This document shows, one piece after another, positions 30,094 through 40,080 of a stretch of 64,000 nt of DNA. The position numbers and the translations under genes were made by a program. Origin of the DNA: Bdellovibrionota bacterium (GTDB lineage: Bacteria; Bdellovibrionota_C; UBA2361; CALJRW01). Below the pieces are notes generated by a model. It was not told the origin of the DNA. It worked only from the letters and a program-made list of their open reading frames with translations, and ran no database searches. The stretch is taken from NCBI GenBank assembly GCA_041740355.1, contig JBGSMD010000038.1, forward strand, positions 64,001 to 128,000, in the 5' to 3' direction. Numbering within the stretch: position 1 is the first letter of the stretch; the number at the start of each line of letters is the position of its first letter.

Positions 30094-32196
30094 ATGTTAA
30101 ACGAAATAAATACCATACCACCTGAAATCCAAAAAGCACTTTGCCCAGAATCACAAGCAAGTTTAGTTTGTTCTGGTAACAAGCTAGTTCACGGGCAATT
30201 AGTTTATATACCTCAATCTCACAATGTTAATGGTATGCAATTTGCAGAACAGTTAATTATTGGGGAAGTTCAAGGGAGAATATTACGCCAGTTGGAGATG
30301 CTTGGGATAAATGAAATTTTTGCTGAAGGCCATTCGCAAGACCTAGTTCATACCGACCTTCCCCAAGAGCTACAATCGTGCAGTCTAGTCCAGGCAATAC
30401 TTCCAGAGACCTTTAGTAATGACGAACGGATCCTCTTATGTACTTATGGTGCCAGCAGGATTTATTGTGCTAGACATGACGATGTTACTATTCGAGCAAC
30501 TGAAGACTATGAATTAAGTCATATTTCAAATCGAGAATATCGTAGACAATTTAAGAATCCTCAAAGACACTCCAAATTTGTCATGGACGAGCGGGAGAAA
30601 ACAGCTATTACTAAAGTACTTGCCAACTACGCACCTCAAAAGATTTTAATTTATGGAAGAGCCCATGACTTTAAAACACATCTCGAGTTAATTCCAAGAA
30701 ATGATCGTCCAGAAACTACCGAGATTAGCGTATTTCCTACATCACCTACTTCCTCCTGGAGAGACCTTACACCCATGGCCGACACAACCCTTCAATTGCA
30801 AAACTCATCCAATGATGAAAAATTTGAAGTAGATTTGATCACCAGAATTCCAGCAATAGACTTCCAGATCTTTAAGATTTTAAAAACTGACACTGCTCGG
30901 TTAATTGGACTGACAAAACTAGTCTTTGATAATTCAAGCTTAGACTCATTAGATGTTGTGGTTGCAAGGATATCCGAACACTTGCAAAATGTGGAAGCAG
31001 GCTTAGATGTAGTAAATAAATTACAAGAAATGAGCCAAGCACTACTCGGACCTTTTAGTTCCTTTACCCCACTTAGATCAACTACAGATAAAATTCATGA
31101 TTCAAAGTCTGTATCTACATTAGATTTTCAAAATCTTATTTATAGTGAATGGCATATCCCAACGCAAACATATTTAATTGAAAAAGCACCCTTAATTAAC
31201 ATTAAACTTGCCCCATTAATTGACGGTGACAAGGGGCGTAAAATTGCACTGCAAAAACTTATTGCCAAAAAAGGTATCTCTCCGGCAATCCCTGATGGAA
31301 GTTCTGTAAAAGACTACCTAAATTCTATTTGGTCCTCCCAAGGTTTCGTTGACCAAGCATTTCAAGAGATGAGTGGTATTTTCTCTTTTCTTGAAGGCGG
31401 AAGTAATCACTTAATTGACAAAAGCATTCTTACCGAGGACCACTCAATTCTAGTTTGCAATTTTCCAGTTAGAATTGAGGTGTGGCTTTCGCTAGCTACA
31501 CTCAAAGTAGAAGACGAAGATATGCTATTTCTTGGCCATGAGGTTAATAATCTTAGCGATCTAAAGAATAAGTATGACGACAATAGAACGATCACTCCCT
31601 TAAACTCGTACCTGTTATTAATGAATTCCTACCTTAAAGTAAGTACCTTCTGTGAACTAGATACCTTATTAAACTCCACAGAAATCCTACCTTGTGACTT
31701 ATTTTCACATAAAGATGAATTATATCAAATGTTTTCAAACCTTACGCATCCTAATTTGACAACAACTGAGAACCTAGAAAGTAAACAGTTACTTAAGATT
31801 TTACACGAGGAAAATAAGGGGATTTTTAAAAATCTTTGCGAGCGCTCAGATGTTACTTGGAACTGGGAAGATCTTAAATCTATGGATTCCAAAAATATCT
31901 CTTCATTAATAACATGGGAAGATCATCCACCAACCAGATACCGCCTAATTCAAGAAGCACAAGAAGTGGAAGATTCTCTCTTAATGAGTTCATTCTCCAT
32001 GCTATCCTTAATCGATATTATTTCTAAGACTAACCCTAAAAGACTTGTAGAATTATTTTCTAAAGAGGAGTACTTACTAAAATTTTTTGAAATAACATTT
32101 GAAAATAGGGTGCCTGATATGTTCTATAGTGGACTGATTCCAGATTTATATAAAGAAATTATAATTCGAGCTGCGGCCCTAGACAAAGAGACCTAA
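30094..32196 (+). CDS. Hypothetical protein (700 aa)
   Basis: Long ORF; no family recognised with confidence. Confidence 0.7.
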   Translation: MLNEINTIPPEIQKALCPESQASLVCSGNKLVHGQLVYIPQSHNVNGMQFAEQLIIGEVQGRILRQLEMLGINEIFAEGHSQDLVHTDLPQELQSCSLVQAILPETFSNDERILLCTYGASRIYCARHDDVTIRATEDYELSHISNREYRRQFKNPQRHSKFVMDEREKTAITKVLANYAPQKILIYGRAHDFKTHLELIPRNDRPETTEISVFPTSPTSSWRDLTPMADTTLQLQNSSNDEKFEVDLITRIPAIDFQIFKILKTDTARLIGLTKLVFDNSSLDSLDVVVARISEHLQNVEAGLDVVNKLQEMSQALLGPFSSFTPLRSTTDKIHDSKSVSTLDFQNLIYSEWHIPTQTYLIEKAPLINIKLAPLIDGDKGRKIALQKLIAKKGISPAIPDGSSVKDYLNSIWSSQGFVDQAFQEMSGIFSFLEGGSNHLIDKSILTEDHSILVCNFPVRIEVWLSLATLKVEDEDMLFLGHEVNNLSDLKNKYDDNRTITPLNSYLLLMNSYLKVSTFCELDTLLNSTEILPCDLFSHKDELYQMFSNLTHPNLTTTENLESKQLLKILHEENKGIFKNLCERSDVTWNWEDLKSMDSKNISSLITWEDHPPTRYRLIQEAQEVEDSLLMSSFSMLSLIDIISKTNPKRLVELFSKEEYLLKFFEITFENRVPDMFYSGLIPDLYKEIIIRAAALDKET

Positions 32197-32248
32197 CCTT
32201 ATATTAAAACTTTGCCCTCCACGTACTTCGGAATTAGAACTTTGTATA

Positions 32249-32410
32249 TAGTAATGACAAAAAATAATTTACGTTAGTAAATTGAATAGAGTCATTACGG
32301 CTAATGCAAATCTTGGTTTTATCCAAGTTTGCATAGCTAAAAACAACATTAATAGTGAGTTCAAGCAAAATCGTTAATCATTTAAAGTAATTTATTTATT
32401 GGACTCACTA
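32249..32410 (+). mobile_element. MITE-like family 1, copy 3 (diverged, 162 bp, TA flanks)
   Basis: TA|TAGTAATGACAAAAAATAATTTAC...GTAATTTATTTATTGGACTCACTA|TA; same terminal hairpins but a different core. Confidence 0.65.
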
Positions 32411-32537
32411 TATTTAACAGAGAATTGCCATTAAATAAGAGTTTTGCTAATTTGTGGTATACCTGATGTTTATTTTTATTGCCAGTTTAGGATAAATAAA
32501 AGTATCAGGATATTTTTCAATTTATAGATCTTAAGCA

Positions 32538-32759
32538 ATGGAATTTGATAATCACGAAAATCGTTTAGCAAGTCTTTGGTTTGTTGGAGCTGGAATCTTC
32601 GCAATTTGCCTAGGTATCTTCATTTTTAATGTTGATTTGTACATCACAAATTCTGACCGAGAAGAAATTCGTGGAAGGGAAATGAAAGAAGTGCGAACCG
32701 CCCAAGCCTCTTTTGTTAGTACGCAAGATCCACGGATAGCAGCTTCTAACCCAAAATAA
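32538..32759 (+). CDS. Small single-TM protein
   Basis: 73 aa ORF with one hydrophobic helix, fits an intergenic gap. Confidence 0.6.
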   Translation: MEFDNHENRLASLWFVGAGIFAICLGIFIFNVDLYITNSDREEIRGREMKEVRTAQASFVSTQDPRIAASNPK

Positions 32760-32780
32760 ATCCCACAAAATAAGATTCTG

Positions 32781-33830
32781 TTATTTTGTAGCAGAAACGC
32801 TAGGTATTACTTTAATCCCTTCAGGGATTGGTAGAAAGGTTAATTGGAAAAATGGCTCAACTTTTATTCTAATTAATAGATTAGTTCCATCTTCAGACTC
32901 AACTTGTTCAGCTTTAACATTCAGAAATCCAAGACTATTTTGGGGGGCATAAAAAATCTGCGCTAAGTGCTGACCAGAGAGCTTAAATTCGGGAATCATC
33001 AATTCATAAAGTCCCTGTTCTTTTAGTGTAAATGAGAAGTTTGGTTTTGGTGCAAAGCCTAGTAATAAATAATTTTCTTCCTCACTTAGATTAACATATT
33101 CCATGCTAGTTAGATTCTTTGTAGAATTACTGGGGCTAAGCTTGGTATTAGTTATGATTGATTCTTTTTTAGCTTCAATTATCGGAGGTGACGTTGTTAC
33201 TTTTGTGGGAACATCTTTTTCAACTCCAGTTGGGGTTATTTCTTCCGTGATTGATATTGTAGGATTTGCTTCTATTTCTAAATTAGGCTGAGCATTAAAT
33301 GCTATTACTTCCTCAGTAATCAGCTCTTTTTCATTTTCTTTCGTGGCTACTTTTTCCGTAAGACTTAAACTTTGAACAGTCGTTGTTGTTGGAGTAGAAG
33401 TAATCTCATCGGGTGTTAGTATCACTGTGGAATTACTGCTTGAGAGAATATTCCCAAAAATGATACTAAAATTACCAAGGGTATTTTTTAGTTTAAATTC
33501 AGGTACTGCGTTTTCGCTTAGTTGTATCTCAAGGGAATATTCCTTTGTTGATAATGGTTTTAGATCAATTCTGGCAATTCCAGCATGGTTAACTTCTAAT
33601 TCTTTAGCTTGCCAAGCGGTATCAGTTTCAAAAATGAAAATTAACTTAGTGGGATTAGAATCTTGTCTAAGCGTTTGTAGTTTAAATTTTTGATCTGACT
33701 CAAGTTGTACGATTTGACTTTTGCTGTCTTTCTCCAAACTAATTATAGGCCACGGCGATTCTGCCAAAAGTAATATTGGTTGAAGCAGGAGAAACAATGC
33801 AATTAATAAAAGATAGTCAATTCTTTTCAT
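32781..33830 (-). CDS. Secreted protein, AMIN-like domains with a Thr/Glu-rich linker
   Basis: Signal peptide, NPTKLIFIF beta motif and low-complexity middle. Confidence 0.55.
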   Translation of the reverse strand: MKRIDYLLLIALFLLLQPILLLAESPWPIISLEKDSKSQIVQLESDQKFKLQTLRQDSNPTKLIFIFETDTAWQAKELEVNHAGIARIDLKPLSTKEYSLEIQLSENAVPEFKLKNTLGNFSIIFGNILSSSNSTVILTPDEITSTPTTTTVQSLSLTEKVATKENEKELITEEVIAFNAQPNLEIEANPTISITEEITPTGVEKDVPTKVTTSPPIIEAKKESIITNTKLSPSNSTKNLTSMEYVNLSEEENYLLLGFAPKPNFSFTLKEQGLYELMIPEFKLSGQHLAQIFYAPQNSLGFLNVKAEQVESEDGTNLLIRIKVEPFFQLTFLPIPEGIKVIPSVSATK

Positions 33831-33974
33831 TTTTAATTACCAAACAACTTTATTTTTTTTATCACGATACAGTTTCTAGTAGGAGCAACTTTTTAAAGAT
33901 AGATTTTTGAAGGTACTCGTATCAAAATTTTCAGCGTATTTATGGAAATGCGCTACTCCTAATGAAGCCTACTA

Positions 33975-34114
33975 TAAAGAGTCCTAAAAGTAATTTATCA
34001 AAGAAAATTACTTTTAGGGCTTTCTACCCCCGAAGGTAGAATAAAATCATATAGTTATTAAAAAAAGCAAGTAACTCTATTTTATTTATAAGTAATTAAT
34101 TTTTGGAATAACTA
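33975..34114 (-). mobile_element. MITE-like family 1, copy 4 (140 bp)
   Basis: Reverse complement aligns full length with 4630-4773; termini slightly decayed; lies 3 bp from the comM ATG. Confidence 0.8.
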
Positions 34115-34117
34115 GAT

Positions 34118-35650
34118 ATGTTAGCACGTACCTTTAGTTCGGTCATTAACGGCCTTTCCGCTGTGGCAGTGGAGGTCCAAATCAAAATCTTACCTACCAG
34201 AAATGATCATGAATTTAAGTTTGAGATAATTGGACTAGCTGATACGGCAATACGAGAAGCCCGACATCGCGTGGTAAGTGCCTTAAAGGTAATTGGGGTC
34301 AAGGTTCCGAGTCATGTGTTAGTTAATTTAGCACCTGCTGGAATCAAAAAGGATGGATCTAGTTTTGATCTTTCAATTGCAGTTGCTCTTTTAAATGCGA
34401 TGAAGAAGTTAGACCTGCCGGTAAAGAATTGTGGATATTACGGCGAACTGGCGCTTGATGGATCAATTAAGCCAGTGGTTGGTATGGTTGCGCACGCTAT
34501 TGCTGCGCGTAAAAACGGTTGGAAAAAACTATTTGTTCCGGCTATAAATGCCGAAGAGGTCGTGGCAGTAACAGGCTTGGAAATCATACCTCTACGGGCA
34601 GTCGAAGATCTATTTGCTTATAGCCGTGGAGAGCTGTTGCCTTTAGAGCCAAGCTTAAAGCAGGAGCTGACTGATTCGAATTTTACTTGCTTAGCGGATG
34701 TTCAGGGGCAGGAACAAGCGAAACGTGCTTTGGTCTTGGCAGCAACAGGAGGGCACAATCTCTTGTTCGTTGGGCCACCTGGTTGTGGCAAAAGTATGTT
34801 AGCACAGCGTTTGCCTTTACTTCTAAGTCCGATGAGTAATGAAGAGAAGATTGAATCTGCCGCTATTCATAGTGTTGCTGGGATTGCCACTAAAGATTTA
34901 TTGGCAGGCAAACGTCCATTTCGCAGCCCTCATTATACAATTTCAGATATTGGACTGATAGGAGGAGGTCATAATCCAAAGCCTGGAGAGATTAGTTTAG
35001 CTCATAATGGAGTCTTGTTCTTAGATGAGTTTCCTGAATATAAGCGTTTAGCTTTGGAAGCTTTGCGAGCGCCTTTAGAATCTCGAAAGTTGTTGATCAG
35101 TCGAGCAAAGTATAATCAAGAGTTCCCAGCAAATTTTCAATTAATCGCTGCGATGAATCCTTGTCCATGTGGACGCTTGGGTTCAATTCGTGGGGACTGC
35201 TCATGCGGGCCTTATGCCGTAAACAAATATTTACAAAAACTTTCTGGCCCCATTTTGGATCGGATTGACCTTCAGGTTTCATTGCAATCTGTTGATATTA
35301 ATCAATTCCGTAACCAAGTATTACCTAGCAAGGATGATTCTGAAACTAATTTGTTGCTAAAGATTCAAAAAGCCCAAAGAATTGCAATCGAAAGACAAGG
35401 AGTAAGTAATAGCCTGTTAGATAATAAGAGATTGCTCAAAATTGTTCGCTTAAAAAATAGTGCTGAAGATTTTTTAGAAAACTTTGCTAGTAAGCGTAAT
35501 TTTAGTGCCAGGGCTTACTTTAGGGTTTTAAAAGTATCCCTGACAATTTCTGATTTAAAGGAGTCTAAAGGAGTGGAGATTGAGGATGTCGCTGAAGCTT
35601 TATCTTTCCGGAGTTTAGAGATTATTAAGGATTATGCTCGAGTTAGCTAA
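34118..35650 (+). CDS. comM: YifB/ComM Mg-chelatase-like AAA+ ATPase
   Basis: NLAPAGIKKDG, GPPGCGKS, AHNGVLFLDE, AAMNPCPCG and SGPILDRID. Confidence 0.92.
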   Translation: MLARTFSSVINGLSAVAVEVQIKILPTRNDHEFKFEIIGLADTAIREARHRVVSALKVIGVKVPSHVLVNLAPAGIKKDGSSFDLSIAVALLNAMKKLDLPVKNCGYYGELALDGSIKPVVGMVAHAIAARKNGWKKLFVPAINAEEVVAVTGLEIIPLRAVEDLFAYSRGELLPLEPSLKQELTDSNFTCLADVQGQEQAKRALVLAATGGHNLLFVGPPGCGKSMLAQRLPLLLSPMSNEEKIESAAIHSVAGIATKDLLAGKRPFRSPHYTISDIGLIGGGHNPKPGEISLAHNGVLFLDEFPEYKRLALEALRAPLESRKLLISRAKYNQEFPANFQLIAAMNPCPCGRLGSIRGDCSCGPYAVNKYLQKLSGPILDRIDLQVSLQSVDINQFRNQVLPSKDDSETNLLLKIQKAQRIAIERQGVSNSLLDNKRLLKIVRLKNSAEDFLENFASKRNFSARAYFRVLKVSLTISDLKESKGVEIEDVAEALSFRSLEIIKDYARVS

Positions 35651-35700
35651 ATCCTAACATTGAATCCAACAGGATAAACCTCTGACAGACTTAAAAGATT

Positions 35701-36585
35701 TTACTCTGTAAATTCCCATTTAGCATTAGGATCTTTGGGAGCCTCAGTAGTTTCTTCCGTTCCAATAGATTGCTCTTTAGTTAAGCTGCCAAAGTCATTT
35801 TCTTTAGCAGGTAAGACGATATCAACTAATTTAGTATTTTCTTCACCAGTAAAGTCAATTGTGATTTCTTTGACGACAATTCGATCTGGTTTGATTTCAC
35901 TAACTGTTCCCTCGTATAAACCAATCTTACTTCCAATTTGAACAGTGTGGCCTTTGCCATTACCATCTTCGATAATTGCTTTTGGTTCTCCCGAATCTAA
36001 CAGCACGGCAGAAACACGAAATTGAGCATAATCAAACTGCTCCAATGGTGTTTTGCCTTTTACTTGACGATTAAATCTGTCAAAATCAAGTGGACGAAAA
36101 GGATCTTTTTTCCCCGTTGGATCGTAAATAAATAATTGATCTTCAAAATTATTTAAGGAAGCAATCAGCGTATCCTCTTCATTCTGGTCAACATCACCTT
36201 CTGCGACGGTGCCATCAGGAGCAGTAGCATTTCCAGTTGCACCTTCCTTGCCTAGTATAAAACTCTCACCATCTTTCTTATATTCATATGGTTCGGCAGT
36301 ATTTGGATCTACTGGCACAGCTTCGAAATAATCTGGCACGAGTTGATCTAGTGAATCAGGGTAGGCATTGTTTTTCATTCGGTAGTTATTCAATGCGATG
36401 TGCAGTCTGATTGCAGAACGTTGTTCATCTCCCACATCACCACTTTCAATCGCTGAATCCATAGCATCTTTAAATGATGTTGGTTCACTGGAGATTTTGT
36501 AACGTAAGAGAACGATTGCCTGGATCAGAATAATTGGTCCAGTTAAAATTAATAATTTTTTGAGATAACTTGATTTAGCTGCCAT
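35701..36585 (-). CDS. pilP: Pseudopilin(GspG)-like domain fused to a PilP domain
   Basis: YP.SL..LV..Y...P.DP....YEY segment followed by YDPTGKKDPF..PLEQFD..KAIIED..G..IG...G.V..I. Confidence 0.7.
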   Translation of the reverse strand: MAAKSSYLKKLLILTGPIILIQAIVLLRYKISSEPTSFKDAMDSAIESGDVGDEQRSAIRLHIALNNYRMKNNAYPDSLDQLVPDYFEAVPVDPNTAEPYEYKKDGESFILGKEGATGNATAPDGTVAEGDVDQNEEDTLIASLNNFEDQLFIYDPTGKKDPFRPLDFDRFNRQVKGKTPLEQFDYAQFRVSAVLLDSGEPKAIIEDGNGKGHTVQIGSKIGLYEGTVSEIKPDRIVVKEITIDFTGEENTKLVDIVLPAKENDFGSLTKEQSIGTEETTEAPKDPNAKWEFTE

Positions 36586-36807
36586 AGGATAATCTTTAAC
36601 TAGGCTACTTTACCAAGTTCTTAATTGATTTAACAAGATCTAAATATTTAAAAAATTGATCTATCTAATTTTAACAAAGGGGCTTTTGATCGATCCTTCT
36701 TAGAATTGTAATAATCTTAATGCCTTCTGAGAGTGATTGTTTTGAATTAATGAGACATTCTTTGGAAGATAAGAATTGCCATTTTGAAGTAACGTCTAAA
36801 TTAAGTA

Positions 36808-36882
36808 TCGGGGTGATAGGATTCGAACCTACGACCCCTGGTTCCCAAAACCAGTGCTCTAGCCAGACTGAGCTACACCCCG
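36808..36882 (-). tRNA. tRNA-Pro(TGG)
   Basis: CGGGGTGTAGCTCAG...CTGGT-TTTGGGA-ACCAG...GTTCGAATC...CACCCCG; CCA not encoded. Confidence 0.95.
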
Positions 36883-37118
36883 AAATTAACTGACGTGCAA
36901 GGAAGATAGCTAATTATGAAAAAATAATAAAGCCCATTAGGCATTTTTTTTTATTTAGTTGTAAATCATAGTAATAAAGCAAACTTTTGTTATAAAATTG
37001 TTGCTTGTTTTATATTGACAGTTAGATCCATAATCAAGAGGCTAAGGATTTCGCAGATAGTTGATATTAGCTTATAGAAGTCAACTTAAGCAGCATTTAT
37101 TTTTGGATAATATTTGAA

Positions 37119-38501
37119 ATGGGAAACAGTTTTAAATTTGCAGATTTGCAGTTAAAAAAAGTCAGTTTAGGGGAATATCAAGTCTCTGGGTGGGTAAAGA
37201 CCCACCGACAATCCAAGAATATTTCTTTTATTGAATTGTCTGATGGTTCCTCTGTGAAAGGGCTACAATTGGTAATTGAGCCTAACTTAGCGACATACGC
37301 TCCAATTGCGGATCGAGTTAGTACTGGTTCTTCAATCATCGTCAGTGGTAAATTAGTAGAATCGCCAGCCAAAGGGCAGACCCATGAATTTCAAGTTAGT
37401 GAGATTGCGCTTGTGGGAGAAGCCGATCCAGAAAAATATTTTTTACAGAAGAAACATCACGGGTTAGATACCCTGCGTGAGAATTTACATTTTCGCCCTC
37501 GCTCTAACACTTTTGGTGCTGTTTTTCGAATTCGTTCTAATGTAGCTTTTGCTGTTCATAAATTTTTTAAAGAACGAGGCTTTTACTATATCCACACTCC
37601 GATTATTACTACTTCGGATTGTGAAGGAGCAGGGGAGATGTTTCAAGTTACAACTTTGAAGCCTGGAAATGCTAAAGTTGATTACACCCAAGATTTTTTT
37701 AAGGCGCCGGCGTTTTTAACTGTCTCGGGGCAGCTAGAGGGCGAGATTTTTGCTACGGCACTTGGCAAGATTTATACCTTTGGCCCAACTTTTCGTGCTG
37801 AAAATTCCAATACCAGTAGACATTTATCCGAGTTTTGGATGATTGAGCCCGAAATATCTTTTTGTGATTTGGCTCAGGATATGCAAGTTGCCAGTGATTT
37901 TATTAAGTACCTAATTTCCTACACACTGGAAGAATCTGCGGCCGACCTGGAGTTTTTGCATCAGGCGGAATGGTGTGTGCCTAATCTTCGAGCTAATTTG
38001 GAAGCTGTTGTTAATAAGCCGGCTGAGGTTTTGGAATATACCGAAGCAATTAAAATTTTAGAAAATGCCACACAGGCCTTTGAGTATCCGGTTAGTTGGG
38101 GCATTGACTTACAATCCGAACATGAGCGTTACTTAACAGAGAAGCATGTTCAAGGTCCCGTCTTTGTAATTAATTATCCAAAAACTATTAAGCCGTTTTA
38201 TATGCGCCTTAATGACGATGAAAAAACAGTTACTGGAATGGATTTATTAACTCCTGGGATCGGTGAAATTATTGGTGGTGGGCAACGTGAAGATCGCTTA
38301 GATTTGTTGACTCACAGAATGCAAGCACAAGGATTAGATGTTAGTAATTATTGGTGGTATTTACAACTTAGAGAGTTTGGTTCAGTACCACATGCCGGCT
38401 TTGGTTTAGGCTTTGAAAGATTCTTGATGTATGTGACTGGAATGAAAAATATTCGTGATGTTATTCCAGTGCCGAGATATCCGGGGCATGGGGGGATTTA
38501 A
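37119..38501 (+). CDS. asnS: Asparagine--tRNA ligase
   Basis: LTVSGQL, FGPTFRAENSNTSRHLSEFWMIEPE and PHAGFGLGFER. Confidence 0.97.
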   Translation: MGNSFKFADLQLKKVSLGEYQVSGWVKTHRQSKNISFIELSDGSSVKGLQLVIEPNLATYAPIADRVSTGSSIIVSGKLVESPAKGQTHEFQVSEIALVGEADPEKYFLQKKHHGLDTLRENLHFRPRSNTFGAVFRIRSNVAFAVHKFFKERGFYYIHTPIITTSDCEGAGEMFQVTTLKPGNAKVDYTQDFFKAPAFLTVSGQLEGEIFATALGKIYTFGPTFRAENSNTSRHLSEFWMIEPEISFCDLAQDMQVASDFIKYLISYTLEESAADLEFLHQAEWCVPNLRANLEAVVNKPAEVLEYTEAIKILENATQAFEYPVSWGIDLQSEHERYLTEKHVQGPVFVINYPKTIKPFYMRLNDDEKTVTGMDLLTPGIGEIIGGGQREDRLDLLTHRMQAQGLDVSNYWWYLQLREFGSVPHAGFGLGFERFLMYVTGMKNIRDVIPVPRYPGHGGI

Positions 38502-38524
38502 TCCATTTATTATCGCCTAAATCT

Positions 38525-38971
38525 ATGTTCGATTTTTCCTATTTAACCCTTCCAGCGGTCATTATATTAATGATCTTTTGGTTTGTTTGGCAAAGAGATC
38601 GTAAGTTTATCAAACAGTTTCAGTATACTGGGAGTATCGATGCACGGTTAGTAGTAGGAGAGGGGAGCATTGATTTCCCTCTGCTTTCTTTTATCACTTA
38701 CAAAGAATATTTTGTCTCGAAGTAAGGCTTATATATTAGATGCAGACTGGGTAAAAATCTTTTTTTTCCTTGGAAAGAAATTCATTCGTATCGCACTTTT
38801 AATTTGGGGGAGGTAAGTATCTCTCCTAATATTACTATTCCAGTTGCGAGAGTCTCTCGTACTTATTTCCTTGTTAAGTTATTTCCAAGTATCACTATTG
38901 AAGCACCTGTTGCTTGTTTTGAGTCAGAAGAGGCTCGTAAGGAAACTTTACAAAAGATCGGTTTTATTTAG
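38525..38971 (+). pseudogene. 148-codon membrane-anchored protein gene with one in-frame TAA (38723-38725)
   Basis: The frame continues past TAA as GLYIRCRLGKNLFFPWKEIHS...KIGFI to TAG at 38971. Confidence 0.7.
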
Positions 38972-39004
38972 AAAAAAATACGGATTTATCTAAGCATAGT
39001 ATTG

Positions 39005-39080
<76 letters not shown>

Positions 39081-39126
39081 CAAATAAAGAATAAACACTA
39101 AGTATTTATTCTTTATTTGGCGTTTA

Positions 39127-39197
39127 TTCTCCCCTTTTGTGACGCACTGGATAATTTAGTTATTATTCACAATGCTAGGCGTCGCAAAAGGGGAGAA
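39127..39197. repeat. REP/REPIN-like family 3, copy 1
   Basis: TTCTCCCCTTTTGTGACGC-N33-GCGTCGCAAAAGGGGAGAA. Confidence 0.85.
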
Positions 39198-39376
39198 TGT
39201 GATTCAATTCTTTTAAATTACTTTCTTTAAAAAATAAAGTTTCTGAGAAGATTCTTTTTATTGAGCGATTTTAGGGATGACTAACAATCCGCCTTCGCCT
39301 CTGATTTTTTAGAAGTTGTTTGGATCTAGAAGGCTACGGCGTGATTCATTTTTTTACGAAGTAACAAAGAAACTGG

Positions 39377-39448
39377 TTCTCCCCTTTTGCGACGCAACAT
39401 ATCGAGGCATTTAATAGCATCGCGACTGTGCGTCACAAAAGGGGAGAA
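39377..39448. repeat. REP/REPIN-like family 3, copy 2
   Basis: TTCTCCCCTTTTGCGACGC-N34-GCGTCACAAAAGGGGAGAA, abutting the tRNA-Tyr 3' end. Confidence 0.85.
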
Positions 39449-39531
39449 TGGTGAGGGGCGGATTCGAACCGCCGTAGGCGTACACCAGCAGATTTACAGT
39501 CTGCCACCTTTAGCCACTCGGTCACCTCACC
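39449..39531 (-). tRNA. tRNA-Tyr(GTA)
   Basis: GGTGAGGTGACCGAGTGGCTAAAGG...GCAGA-CTGTAAA-TCTGC, long variable arm and GGTTCGAATCC. Confidence 0.95.
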
Positions 39532-39833
39532 AGAATTGTTTTGATTTAACTAGCTAAGCTTTAATCTACCCTCCGCAAATTATATTTGTGGAGGGCGAGC
39601 AAGATCTTGGCATTTTTATCAGACGTAGCCTTGGCTAAGTCTGAAGCCAGGTTGAGCCGTAGAATACAAAACCAATACTCACCGCATTAGCGTATGGTTT
39701 CAGTAATGTCTGTTACGGCAGACCCTGTTTTCATCAGGATTTTGCTTGCACATCACTTTTCATTTTTATAAAAAATGAAAAGCGGTGAGTATTAAGCTCC
39801 ACCTAGAAAAAAACCCCACGTCTAGAAAAGAAG

Positions 39834-39909
39834 TGGAGCGGGAGACGAGGCTCGAACCCGCGACATTCAGCTTGGAAGGCTGACGCTCTACCAACTGAGC
39901 TACTCCCGC
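39834..39909 (-). tRNA. tRNA-Gly(TCC)
   Basis: GCGGGAGTAGCTCAG...TCAGC-CTTCCAA-GCTGA...CTCCCGCTCCA. Confidence 0.95.
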
Positions 39910-40080
39910 ATTAGCAATTACTAATAAAGTAAAAGCTGAGCACTTAAATACCTAATTCTAAGCTTTCTGGCAAGTTTTAGATCTAAAAAGCTAGCTTAGG
40001 AAATTAACTGAAATATTAAAACTGATAGTTTATCTAGTATTCTCAGGTCTAATTTAAGTAGAATGCACAGATTGAGTGTC

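Noticed and set aside
32300-32500. DnaA-box cluster
   Set aside because: Only matches with two or more mismatches (e.g. TTATCCAAG), expected by chance in AT-rich DNA
39127-39448. Repeat-spacer-repeat pattern with 33-34 bp spacers as a CRISPR array
   Set aside because: Arms are inverted rather than direct, copies are dispersed, two loops are similar to each other, and no cas genes are present
39690-39740. CTGATGA...GAAA on the minus strand, suggesting a hammerhead ribozyme
   Set aside because: The bases directly after CUGAUGA and before GAAA do not pair as stem II, and CTGATGA sits inside its own hairpin
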